From: Betaproteobacteria bacterium
GTDB lineage: Bacteria; Pseudomonadota; Gammaproteobacteria; Burkholderiales; Rhodocyclaceae
Direction: 5' to 3'
NCBI GenBank assembly: GCA_009777925.1
Contig: WRKX01000001.1
Location: 216-64,215 of the forward strand
DNA: 64,000 nucleotides
This document shows positions 27,607-37,400 of the stretch, piece by piece. Both the position numbers and the translations under genes were made by a program. The notes under the pieces were generated by a model, which saw only the letters and a list, made by a program, of their open reading frames with translations, had not been told where the DNA came from and did not search any database. The stretch's first letter is position 1. Every line of letters begins with the position of its first letter.

Positions 27607-29637
27607 ATGTCCTCTCTTTTCCATAATGTTCCCGCGTTTCTGCAAAATCCTGCCACTGGCGCGCTGCGCGCGCTTGCCATTGATGCTATCCAAAAGGCCA
27701 ACTCCGGGCATCCCGGCGCGCCGCTCGGCATGGCGGAAATCGCCGAAGTCCTCTGGCGGCGCAATCTGAAACACAATCCCGCCAATCCCGATTGGCCGGA
27801 TCGCGACCGCTTCGTCCTCTCCAACGGACACGGCTCCATGCTCATCTACGCCCTGCTCCACCTCACGGGCTACGATCTCACGATCCACGATCTCAAAGAT
27901 TTCCGCCAGTTCAACTCCAAAACCGCCGGACACCCGGAGACAGGCCACACGCCCGGCGTGGAAACCACTACCGGCCCGCTGGGACAAGGCATAGCCAACG
28001 CCGTCGGCTTCGCGCTCGCGGAAAAACTGCTTGCCGCCGAATTCAACCGCCCCGGCCACACCATCGTCGACCATTCCACCTACGCCTTCGCGGGCGACGG
28101 TTGCCTGATGGAAGGCGTCTCCCACGAAGCCTGCTCCCTCGCGGGCACACTCGGCCTTGGCAAGCTGATCGTCTTTTATGACGACAATGGAATATCCATT
28201 GACGGCCATGTTGAAGGCTGGTTTACCGACGACACCCCCAAACGCTTTGAATCCTACGGCTGGCAAGTTATCCCGGATGTTTCCGGTCACGACTCCCAGG
28301 CAATCGAGGCCGCCCTTGCAAGAGCGCGGGCGGACACCCAAAAGCCCTCGCTCATCTGCTGCAAGACCGTCATTGGCATGGGTTCCCCCAACAAGGCGGG
28401 GAGCCACGATTGCCACGGCGCACCGTTGGGCGCGGATGAAGTCGCCGCCACGCGAGAGGCCATTGGTTGGCCGCATCCTCCGTTTGAAATTCCCGCCGAC
28501 GTCTACGCCGCCTGGGATGCCCGGCAAAAAGGAAAATCGCTCGAAGCCGACTGGCAACAGCGGTTCGATGCTTATCGCGCCGCCTTTCCTGAGCTTGCCG
28601 CCGAATTCGAGCGTCGTGTCATCCGTCGGGAGCTTCCGGCCGACTGGCCTCGAATTGCGGCGCAGGTTATCGCCGCCTTCGGGGAAAAAGCGGACAACAT
28701 CGCCACCCGCAAGGCCAGTCAGAACGCGATTGCCGCCCTGCTTCCCTGCCTGCCGGAACTCTTCGGCGGCTCCGCCGACCTTGCTGGTTCCAACCTTACT
28801 TTCGTGCAGGGAAGCCGGGGCGTAACGGCTCTTGAGGGCGGCAACTACTGTTACTACGGGGTGCGCGAATTCGGCATGACCGCCATTGCCAACGGGCTGG
28901 CGCTCCACGGCGGCCTGATTCCCTATACTGCTACTTTCCTCGTTTTCTCCGACTATGCCCGAAACGCCATCCGCATGGCCGCGCTCACGCGTCAGCGGCA
29001 GATTTTGGTCTACACCCACGACTCCATAGGTCTGGGCGAAGACGGCCCCACGCATCAACCCGTCGAGCACATCCCCAGCCTGCGCCTGATTCCCAACCTC
29101 GATGTCTGGCGACCATGCGACGCTGTGGAGACGGCGGTAGCGTGGATTGCCGGTATCGAACGCATGGACGGCCCCACCCTGCTTGCCCTCTCCCGCCAGA
29201 ATCTACCCACCGTCACCAGCGACATTGGCGCGGAGAATATCAGAAAAGGCGGTTACATCCTTGCTGATGCCGACGTTGGAACCCCCCAGGTTGTACTCAT
29301 CGCCACCGGCTCCGAAGTCAAACTGGCGCTCGATGCCAAAACCGTGCTGGAAAAGGACGGCATCCCCACCCGCGTCGTCTCCATGCCCTCCACCAACGTC
29401 TTCGACCGCCAAAGTCTGGAATACCGGCTCGGAGTCCTCGGCCAGCATACCCGCCGCATTGCCATTGAAGCCGCGCATGGTGATTTTTGGCGCAAGTATG
29501 TCGGGCTGAATGGCGGGGTCGTCAGCATTGATACCTTTGGCGCGTCAGCCCCGGCCGGGGAATTGTTTGAGCATTTCGGGTTCACCGTTCAGCGTGTGGT
29601 GGATGTGGTGAAGGATGTAATAGGCACACAACCGTAA
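27607..29637 (+). CDS. tkt: Transketolase
   Basis: Contains ..[31 protein letters not shown].., the ThDP motifs [13 protein letters not shown] and ..[15 protein letters not shown]... The preferred start is ATG 27607 rather than the longer ORF-track start at 27565. Confidence 0.93.
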   Translation: MSSLFHNVPAFLQNPATGALRALAIDAIQKANSGHPGAPLGMAEIAEVLWRRNLKHNPANPDWPDRDRFVLSNGHGSMLIYALLHLTGYDLTIHDLKDFRQFNSKTAGHPETGHTPGVETTTGPLGQGIANAVGFALAEKLLAAEFNRPGHTIVDHSTYAFAGDGCLMEGVSHEACSLAGTLGLGKLIVFYDDNGISIDGHVEGWFTDDTPKRFESYGWQVIPDVSGHDSQAIEAALARARADTQKPSLICCKTVIGMGSPNKAGSHDCHGAPLGADEVAATREAIGWPHPPFEIPADVYAAWDARQKGKSLEADWQQRFDAYRAAFPELAAEFERRVIRRELPADWPRIAAQVIAAFGEKADNIATRKASQNAIAALLPCLPELFGGSADLAGSNLTFVQGSRGVTALEGGNYCYYGVREFGMTAIANGLALHGGLIPYTATFLVFSDYARNAIRMAALTRQRQILVYTHDSIGLGEDGPTHQPVEHIPSLRLIPNLDVWRPCDAVETAVAWIAGIERMDGPTLLALSRQNLPTVTSDIGAENIRKGGYILADADVGTPQVVLIATGSEVKLALDAKTVLEKDGIPTRVVSMPSTNVFDRQSLEYRLGVLGQHTRRIAIEAAHGDFWRKYVGLNGGVVSIDTFGASAPAGELFEHFGFTVQRVVDVVKDVIGTQP

Positions 29638-29660
29638 CCCAAAGCAATAAATATGATGCT

Positions 29661-29766
29661 AAAATGAAACAACCCGGCAGGTTTCCCTGCCGGGTTGCTG
29701 GATACGAATTGCGTTGAAAACGCAATTCTTATTGTAGCAACGGCTCTCACCCCGGTTAGCCACAAT
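29661..29766 (-). ncRNA. tracrRNA (type II-C, Neisseria-like)
   Basis: The minus strand reads AUUGUGGCUAACCGGGGUGAGAGCCGUUGCUACAAUAAGAAUUGCGUUUUCAACGCAAUUCGUAUCCAGCAACCCGGCAGGGAAACCUGCCGGGUUGUUUCAUUUU. The 36-nt anti-repeat (29731-29766) pairs with the crRNA repeat, including a perfect 14-bp CUCUCACCCCGGUU/AACCGGGGUGAGAG segment and a GUUGUAGC/GCUACAAU segment. CCGUUGCUACAAUAAG is identical to the N. meningitidis tracrRNA/sgRNA scaffold as I recall it. Two hairpins follow, the last being a GC-rich stem plus a U-tract terminator. Confidence 0.8.
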
Positions 29767-29790
29767 ACCGGGAGTGTAAAGGAGAAAAAC

Positions 29791-32700
29791 ATGTCTGACA
29801 AGTCTACTGAACAACTTACTTTTGGCTTCGACATCGGCATTGCTTCGGTCGGCTGGTGCGTGCTTGGCGAAAAACACATCGTTGATCTCGGTGTGCGTTG
29901 TTTTGACAAGGCGGAAAACGCCAAGGATGGCGAGTCGCTCAACCTCGCCCGCCGTAGCGCCCGCCTCATGCGTCGGCGTCTGCGTCGCCGCGCATGGCGA
30001 TTGGTCAAACTGACGCGACTGTTGAAGCGCGAAGGGCTAATCAACAGCATTTAATCAATACGCCAGCCTGCCACGGAGTCACCCTGGCAACTTCGTGTGG
30101 ACGGGCTGGAGCGAAAACTCGCCCCGGAAGAATGGGCGCGCGTTCTTTACCACCTCTGCAAGCATCGTGGTTTTCACTGGATCAGTCGCGCGGAAGAGAA
30201 AAATGCAGAGGCAGACAGCAAGGGAGAAGGCGGCAAGGTCAAGAAAGGACTCTCGGATACCAAGCGGCGCATGAATGAAAAAAGCTACCGAAGCGCGGCT
30301 GAAATGGTGTTGAAGGAATTTCCAGAAGCGCAGCGCAACAAGCAGGGCGAGTACGCCAAGGCGCTCTCCCGCCTGCTGCTCGCTGAAGAACTTGCCTTGC
30401 TGTTTGAGCGGCAACGTGAATTGGGTAATCTTCATGCAACGCCCGAACTTGAGATGCGTATTGCCGGGTGCGGCGATCGCAAAAGCGGTCTGTTCTGGGA
30501 ACAGAAGCCGCCCCTGACCGGGGAAGGGCTTCTGAAAATGCTGGGACGCTGTACGTTCGAGAAAACCGAATATCGCGCCCCCAAAGCCAGTTTTACTGCC
30601 GAGCGCCATGTCTGGCTGACCCGCCTCAACAATCTGCGGATAGTCGTCGCAGGAAATGTTCGTCCGCTCAATGAAGCCGAACGCCGCATTGCCCTGCCCC
30701 TACCCTATCAGCAGGCCAGCGACCTCACCTACAAGCAACTGAAAAACGCCCTGGTCAAAGCCGGTTTGCTACCCGAAAACGTCAAATTTTCCGGGTTGGA
30801 TTATCCAACGCAGCAAGCCGAAGATAAAGTCAAAGACCCTGAATCCGAACGGCTGGTCAAACTTCCTGCCTGGCAGGCGCTACGCAAAACCCTCAAGGAA
30901 AAAGGGCTTGAAACCGAATGGAGAGGCATCGCCGGAGCCGCAACCGGAGGGCAACCAGAACTGCTAGACAGAATCGCCTGGACGCTCAGCGTATTCAAGG
31001 ACGGTGATGAGATCGAACAAGAGTTACGCAAACTCTCCCTGCCAGGCGGAGAAAAAATGGTTGATGCACTCAGCGAACTCAGCTTCGATAAATTTCACAA
31101 CCTGTCTCTCAAGGCGCTTGGCAAAATCGTTCCTCACATGGAAGTCGGGCTGCGCTATGACGAGGCATGTGCAAAAGCCGGTTATCACCACAGTCAACTA
31201 TCCAAGACAGGAGACGGTCAGCATAAATACCTGCCGCCTTTTTACTCCGGGCGAGATAAAGGCGGCCGCATGGTATTTGATGAGGAAAAGGATATTCCGC
31301 GTAATCCGGTTGTACTCCGTTCACTCAATCAGGCGCGCAAGGTGCTGAATGCGCTGGTAAGTCGTTATGGCTCGCCTTCCGTCGTGCATATTGAAATGGC
31401 GCGTGACTTATCACGCCCAATGGATGAACGAAACAAAATCAAAAAAGCTCAGGAAGAATTTCGTGACAAGAATGAAAAAGCCAAAGCAGATTTTGAGGCA
31501 AAATTCAATATGCCCGCAAAAAACCGGGAAGTTGAAAAATACCTGCTTTATAGCGAACAACATGGTAAGTGCGCCTACTCGCTGAAACCGCTCGATCTTG
31601 ACCGGGTATTGCATGACCAGGGTTATGCCGAAGTCGACCATGCCCTTCCCTGGTCGCGCAGTTACGACGATAGCAAAAATAACAAGGTTTTGGCGCTTAC
31701 CAGCGAGAATCGCAACAAGGGCAATCGTACGCCTTATGAATATCTGACTTCGTTTGCAGGAGGCGAAAATGGGGAACGCTGGCGCAACTTCGCAGCCTTC
31801 GTTGAAGGCAACAAGTCTTACCGGCTTGCCAAACGTAGCCGCTTGTTACGCAAGCATTTCGGCAAGGAAGAGTCCGAAGGATTCAAGGAGCGCAACCTCA
31901 ACGATACGCGCTACATCTGCAAATTTTTCAAGAATTATGTTGAGTGTTATCTGAAACTGGCCGAGGGTGGCGACAGCAAGCGTTGCGTCGTACTTAGCGG
32001 ACAACTCACGGCATTCCTGCGTGCCCGCTGGGGATTGCACAAAGTACGTAGCGACAATGATCGCCATCACGCGCTTGATGCTGTAGTTGTTGCCGCATGT
32101 AGCCACTCTCTCGTCAAACGTCTGTCTGACTATTCCAGGCGCAAGGAACTGGAGCAGGCCGGAAATGTTATTGACATGGAAACAGGAGAAATTCGTGACC
32201 CGGAATTGTTGTCAAAACTGGAACGACATTTTCCGAAACCTTGGGAGTATTTCCGGGAAGAACTTTTGCTGCGCTTGAATACAGACGATCCCGCTTTGCT
32301 CAAAAGAGAAGCGGAACGTCACGGCTATCCGTCGGCAACGCTGGAAAACCTGCGTCCCCTGTTCGTCTCCCGCGCGCCGAAACGTCGTAATAGTGGCGCG
32401 GCGCACATGGAAACCATCTATTCCCAGCCGGAACGCCTGAAAAGCACAGGAAGCGTTACGCAGAAAGTTTCTTTAACGAGCTTGACGCTCAAGGACATAG
32501 ATAATCTGATCGACCCGCACCGTAATGAAAAACTTTACGCGGCAATACGCACCCGACTGGAAGCACACAATGGCAAAGGTGACAAAGCTTTTCCTTCGGA
32601 TAACCCGTTACGCAAACCCGACCGTGACGGTAATCCAACCGGCCCTTTTGTCCGTAGCGTTACGATGCTCATTGACAAACTTTCCGGCATTCCGGTTCGC

Positions 32701-33141
32701 GGCGGCATTGCCAAAAACGACACCATGCTGCGTGTGGATGTGTTCAGGCATAAAAAAGACAGGAAATATCATCTTGTCCCCGTGTATGTGCACCATGCGG
32801 TAGCAAAGGAATTGCCAAATCGGGCAGTTGTGGCTTTCAAGGATGAAAATGAATGGACACTCATTGATGAAGAGAATTTCGATTTCTGTTTTTCTCTTTA
32901 TCCCAACGACCTGGTTAAAATCAGCCTAAAAAAAGGAGGAATCCTTGGGTATTACGCCGGTTGTAATCGTGCTACAGGCGCAATCGACCTTTGGACTCAC
33001 GATAGAAATCGGGCTATCGGGAAAGACGGACTGATTCAGAGTATCGGCGTTAAAACGGCTTTGTGTGTAGAAAAATTCCACGTCGACACCTTGGGCAATA
33101 TCTACCCTGCCCCGCCGGAGGAGCGCCGTGGGCTGGCGTAG
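29791..33141 (+). CDS. cas9: Type II-C Cas9, interrupted by a single in-frame TAA at 30052-30054 (possible pseudogene or split gene)
   Basis: AAGGAG lies 6 nt before ATG 29791. The N-terminus MSDKSTEQLTFGFDIGIASVGW is RuvC-I, followed by the Arg-rich bridge helix RRSARLMRRRLRRRAW. After the stop the same frame continues with homology (SPWQLRVDGLERKLAPEEWARVLYHLCKHRGF). The HNH domain is DHALPWSRSYDDSKNNKVL..NRNKGNRTPYEY and RuvC-III is DRHHALDAVVVA. The ORF track shows the two same-frame pieces 29695..30054 and 30097..33141. Confidence 0.9.
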
Positions 33142-34033
33142 TGTTATGATCTCCCGCCCGGCGCGTCTGCGGCGGGAGCATTATTCGCTGGCCATTGATC
33201 AGGAAGAAACGGCTTTCGTGCCTTTCGAGGACATTGCCGTGATTGTCCTCGATCATCGGGAAATCACGTTGACTCATCCGGTACTTTCGGCCTGTGCCGA
33301 GTACGGCATCAGTCTTTATGCTACCGGTAGCAATCACCAGCCCGCTGGCGTTTTTCTGCCGTTTCTTTCGCATTCGCGCGCCACGCGCATGATGCGAAAG
33401 CAGTTGGGCATCACCCGCCCGATGGTCAAGCGTCTCTGGGCAGATATTGTTCGCCGCAAGATCGAAAATCAGGCCGCCTGCCTTACCCTGTGCGGCAAAA
33501 AAGGCGTGGAAAGGCTGGAAACCTGTGCACAGCGCGTCCGCTCCGGCGATCCGAACAATCTGGAAGGACAGGCAGCCGCGATCTACTTTGCAGAGTTGTA
33601 CGGCGCTAATTTTTATCGCGAGGACAAAACGCGCTGGACAAATGCCGCGCTCAATTATGGTTATGCAGTCTTGCGGGGCGCTATCGCGCGAGGCTTGGTA
33701 GCGCACGGGTTTCATCCTTCCATCGGGTTGTTTCACGACAGTGAGCAGAATGCGTTCAATCTGGCCGATGATCTGATCGAGCCTTTCCGCCCATTGGTCG
33801 ACCTGTATGTCGCCCAATGCCCGGCCCCGAAGGAAGCTGAACTGATGCCGAAGGATAAACAAGCTCTGGTCGCCCTGTTGAATGTGGATGTCGGCATGCC
33901 GCAGGGAAAAATGTCGGCGCTCTCTGCCGTCGAGTACGCCGTTGAGAGTCTGGCGCGGACTTTTGAATCCGGTCATGTTGAACTTGACCTGCCTCGTCTA
34001 ATCGGTCTGCAAGCGCACAGGCTGGAGTATTGA
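33128..34033 (+). CDS. cas1: CRISPR-associated endonuclease Cas1 (type II)
   Basis: A GTG start overlaps the cas9 stop. The N-terminus MGWRSVMISRPARLRREHYSLAIDQEE.. is Nme-like. Also present: ..NLEGQAAAIYF.., ..NAALNYGYAVLR.., ..GLFHDSEQNAFNLADDLIEPFRPLVD... Confidence 0.92.
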   Translation: MGWRSVMISRPARLRREHYSLAIDQEETAFVPFEDIAVIVLDHREITLTHPVLSACAEYGISLYATGSNHQPAGVFLPFLSHSRATRMMRKQLGITRPMVKRLWADIVRRKIENQAACLTLCGKKGVERLETCAQRVRSGDPNNLEGQAAAIYFAELYGANFYREDKTRWTNAALNYGYAVLRGAIARGLVAHGFHPSIGLFHDSEQNAFNLADDLIEPFRPLVDLYVAQCPAPKEAELMPKDKQALVALLNVDVGMPQGKMSALSAVEYAVESLARTFESGHVELDLPRLIGLQAHRLEY

Positions 34034-34034
34034 T

Positions 34035-34367
34035 GTGGGCACAGAGACGAGGCGCTATATGCGATTGATCGTCTTTTTTGACCTGCCAATGGTAACCAAG
34101 GCTGAAAAACGCGCCTATGTGCAGTTCCGCCGCTTTCTCTTGAACGACGGCTACGACATGATCCAATGGTCGGTTTACGGACGCCTCTTGAACGGCAGGG
34201 ATGCTGAAATCAAGCATCTCGCCCGCCTGACGAATAACCTGCCTCCCGCAGGCTCTGTGCGCTGCATGACCGTCACCGAAAAACAATTCGCAGGCATCAA
34301 GTTGTTGGTCGGTATGCCTCTTTTTCAGGAAAAAAAGGTACAGGCATCCCAGATTCTGCTCTTTTGA
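34035..34367 (+). CDS. cas2: CRISPR-associated endoribonuclease Cas2
   Basis: The sequence ..YMRLIVFFDLPMVTKAEKRAYVQFRRFLLNDGYDMIQWSVYGR.. is typical of a type II Cas2. The gene follows 1 nt after cas1. Confidence 0.9.
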   Translation: MGTETRRYMRLIVFFDLPMVTKAEKRAYVQFRRFLLNDGYDMIQWSVYGRLLNGRDAEIKHLARLTNNLPPAGSVRCMTVTEKQFAGIKLLVGMPLFQEKKVQASQILLF

Positions 34368-34390
34368 CCTGAAAATTTAATGAAAGAAAT

Positions 34391-34415
34391 CCCCGCCAGG
34401 CCATGCCTGGCGGGG
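34391..34415. terminator. Bidirectional stem-loop terminator between cas2 and the array
   Basis: The stem-loop is ccccgccagg-ccatg-cctggcgggg. On the minus strand it is followed by atttctttcattaaatttt (U-rich). It is therefore well placed to stop minus-strand array read-through. Confidence 0.6.
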
Positions 34416-34430
34416 ACTTGAGGCAAGTAG

Positions 34431-37400
34431 ATTGTAGCAAACCGGGGTGAGAGAGGGAGCTACAACCGATAGCCCTCGACTGTGGTGTTTTGAAGTATTG
34501 TAGCAAACCGGGGTGAGAGAGGGAGCTACAACCCAGAGGCGGCGCGGACGATTTATGACCTAATTGTAGCAAACCGGGGTGAGAGAGGGAGCTACAACTG
34601 AAAAAATTGATTTTGAAAATGAAAATCGATTGTAGCAAACCGGGGTGAGAGAGGGAGCTACAACATTAGCCATCGTCATCTATCCATGCGTTTTATTGTA
34701 GCAAACCGGGGTGAGAGAGGGAGCTACAACATCCCATCCGCTTCAAGCCGTGTCGCTTTTATTGTAGCAAACCGGGGTGAGAGAGGGAGCTACAACCAGA
34801 TAAACCGGCTTGTCGACCCATTGCCAATTGTAGCAAACCGGGGTGAGAGAGGGAGCTACAACTCATATCCTCGTGCCATATTTGCAGCACAAATTGTAGC
34901 AAACCGGGGTGAGAGAGGGAGCTACAACGCGGCCTGAAGTTCCGCCTCGTTATACTGGATTGTAGCAAACCGGGGTGAGAGAGGGAGCTACAACCCTTCC
35001 GGCTGTTGCTGCCGTTGTCTACGCATTGTAGCAAACCGGGGTGAGAGAGGGAGCTACAACAGGCAGGGTTGAATACGGCGAGGGCACAGAATTGTAGCAA
35101 ACCGGGGTGAGAGAGGGAGCTACAACTCAATACGCGGGCTTGCGCTTGTCGTATTCATTGTAGCAAACCGGGGTGAGAGAGGGAGCTACAACGCGGGAGG
35201 CGCAGTCGAGTATGAAGGACGCATTGTAGCAAACCGGGGTGAGAGAGGGAGCTACAACCGCGTTCTTCGCAAAACCTACAAGCGCGTCATTGTAGCAAAC
35301 CGGGGTGAGAGAGGGAGCTACAACTGTTCTGCGTAGACCCCGGTCATAAGGAATATTGTAGCAAACCGGGGTGAGAGAGGGAGCTACAACCGGGCGGATA
35401 CCGGAAAATGACGGCGTGGAATTGTAGCAAACCGGGGTGAGAGAGGGAGCTACAACCCAGATGCCCGACTTCAACGCCCTGAATATATTGTAGCAAACCG
35501 GGGTGAGAGAGGGAGCTACAACGTTTTATTGCTTGTTGTGTTCATGGTGCCAATTGTAGCAAACCGGGGTGAGAGAGGGAGCTACAACACTTTGCAAAAG
35601 GTGATGGTTTGTGTTTTGATTGTAGCAAACCGGGGTGAGAGAGGGAGCTACAACTCGGAAAAGATGGGGCTATCAACCAAAGGGGATTGTAGCAAACCGG
35701 GGTGAGAGAGGGAGCTACAACATGCGTGTACAGAACCTGATTCTGATGGTGATTGTAGCAAACCGGGGTGAGAGAGGGAGCTACAACCGGCGGCACAAGC
35801 CGGATGGACTGCCGAAATTGTAGCAAACCGGGGTGAGAGAGGGAGCTACAACAACCGCCGGATAATCACGCGAAAACGCAACATTGTAGCAAACCGGGGT
35901 GAGAGAGGGAGCTACAACGCTTGTGAAATGACTAAAACCCCTGACTTTATTGTAGCAAACCGGGGTGAGAGAGGGAGCTACAACGCGCGGGTCTGAAGAT
36001 GCAAGAGCGCGAACATTGTAGCAAACCGGGGTGAGAGAGGGAGCTACAACAGACTGGAACGCGCCTGTTACGGAATTACGATTGTAGCAAACCGGGGTGA
36101 GAGAGGGAGCTACAACACTGCATCTACCATCGGCGCGGGTGGCCTGATTGTAGCAAACCGGGGTGAGAGAGGGAGCTACAACTGTCGGGCTAGGACAGGG
36201 AATGTCTAGTTTATTGTAGCAAACCGGGGTGAGAGAGGGAGCTACAACGCTTGGCGCAGGCTTTTCTTCAGACAAAACATTGTAGCAAACCGGGGTGAGA
36301 GAGGGAGCTACAACATATACGATAAGCATCCGCCCACTCTGATAATTGTAGCAAACCGGGGTGAGAGAGGGAGCTACAACCGACCGGCTATATTCATAGC
36401 AAGATATGTATTGTAGCAAACCGGGGTGAGAGAGGGAGCTACAACGCTATCAAATCAACGCGCCCTGTTAGCTGGATTGTAGCAAACCGGGGTGAGAGAG
36501 GGAGCTACAACATGAGTTATGTCGACCCACCCTCGGCAAAAATTGTAGCAAACCGGGGTGAGAGAGGGAGCTACAACCAAGGTTACGAACCCCTTTTTCC
36601 TGCGCGGATTGTAGCAAACCGGGGTGAGAGAGGGAGCTACAACATCCTCGACGCGCCATGCCGTGACATTTGGATTGTAGCAAACCGGGGTGAGAGAGGG
36701 AGCTACAACGCGGGCTTTTCCCACCGCAAAACACGATAGATTGTAGCAAACCGGGGTGAGAGAGGGAGCTACAACGCAACCACGCGGCGGGAGTGTGTAT
36801 GACCTATTGTAGCAAACCGGGGTGAGAGAGGGAGCTACAACAGTTTAATGTCGCTAGGGAATCTGGGCGAATTGTAGCAAACCGGGGTGAGAGAGGGAGC
36901 TACAACTCACCGTGCGAAAGTTCAAAGTCATTGTCAATTGTAGCAAACCGGGGTGAGAGAGGGAGCTACAACTGTCCCGCTTATATTTCTCCCTTGGTGT
37001 TGATTGTAGCAAACCGGGGTGAGAGAGGGAGCTACAACAAACAGGCATTTTCCCTCTTTTTCCTTAACATTGTAGCAAACCGGGGTGAGAGAGGGAGCTA
37101 CAACCGGGATGCTTGCGCGTGTTGCGAGCAGGCGATTGTAGCAAACCGGGGTGAGAGAGGGAGCTACAACATTTCAAACGGAATACCAAGCCCCATGCCA
37201 ATTGTAGCAAACCGGGGTGAGAGAGGGAGCTACAACGATAATGGCGCAGGAAAGTCCAGTGTCGCGATTGTAGCAAACCGGGGTGAGAGAGGGAGCTACA
37301 ACACTCTGGTGCAGACGACATACAAAACATCCATTGTAGCAAACCGGGGTGAGAGAGGGAGCTACAACGCATTTGATAGCGGCGTAGTATCCGGCATAAT

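Noticed and set aside
27538-29070. A 510-aa minus-strand ORF, and similar long antisense ORFs: 18468-19343, 21889-22767, 33050-33976, 47665-48546, 53521-54186, 61961-62725, 11259-12020, 13744-14475, 58280-59083
   Set aside because: Each is antisense to a gene with unambiguous family motifs (tkt, rpoH, glnS, cas1, btuB, dinG-like, ahcY, trpB2, MmeI-like, copA). Their products are low-complexity and Arg/Gly/Ala-rich, typical of shadow ORFs in GC-rich DNA.
34368-34430. I looked for a tracrRNA anti-repeat between cas2 and the array, where it sits in some II-C loci
   Set aside because: There is no sequence complementary to the repeat, only a terminator hairpin. The convincing anti-repeat is upstream of cas9 at 29731-29766.
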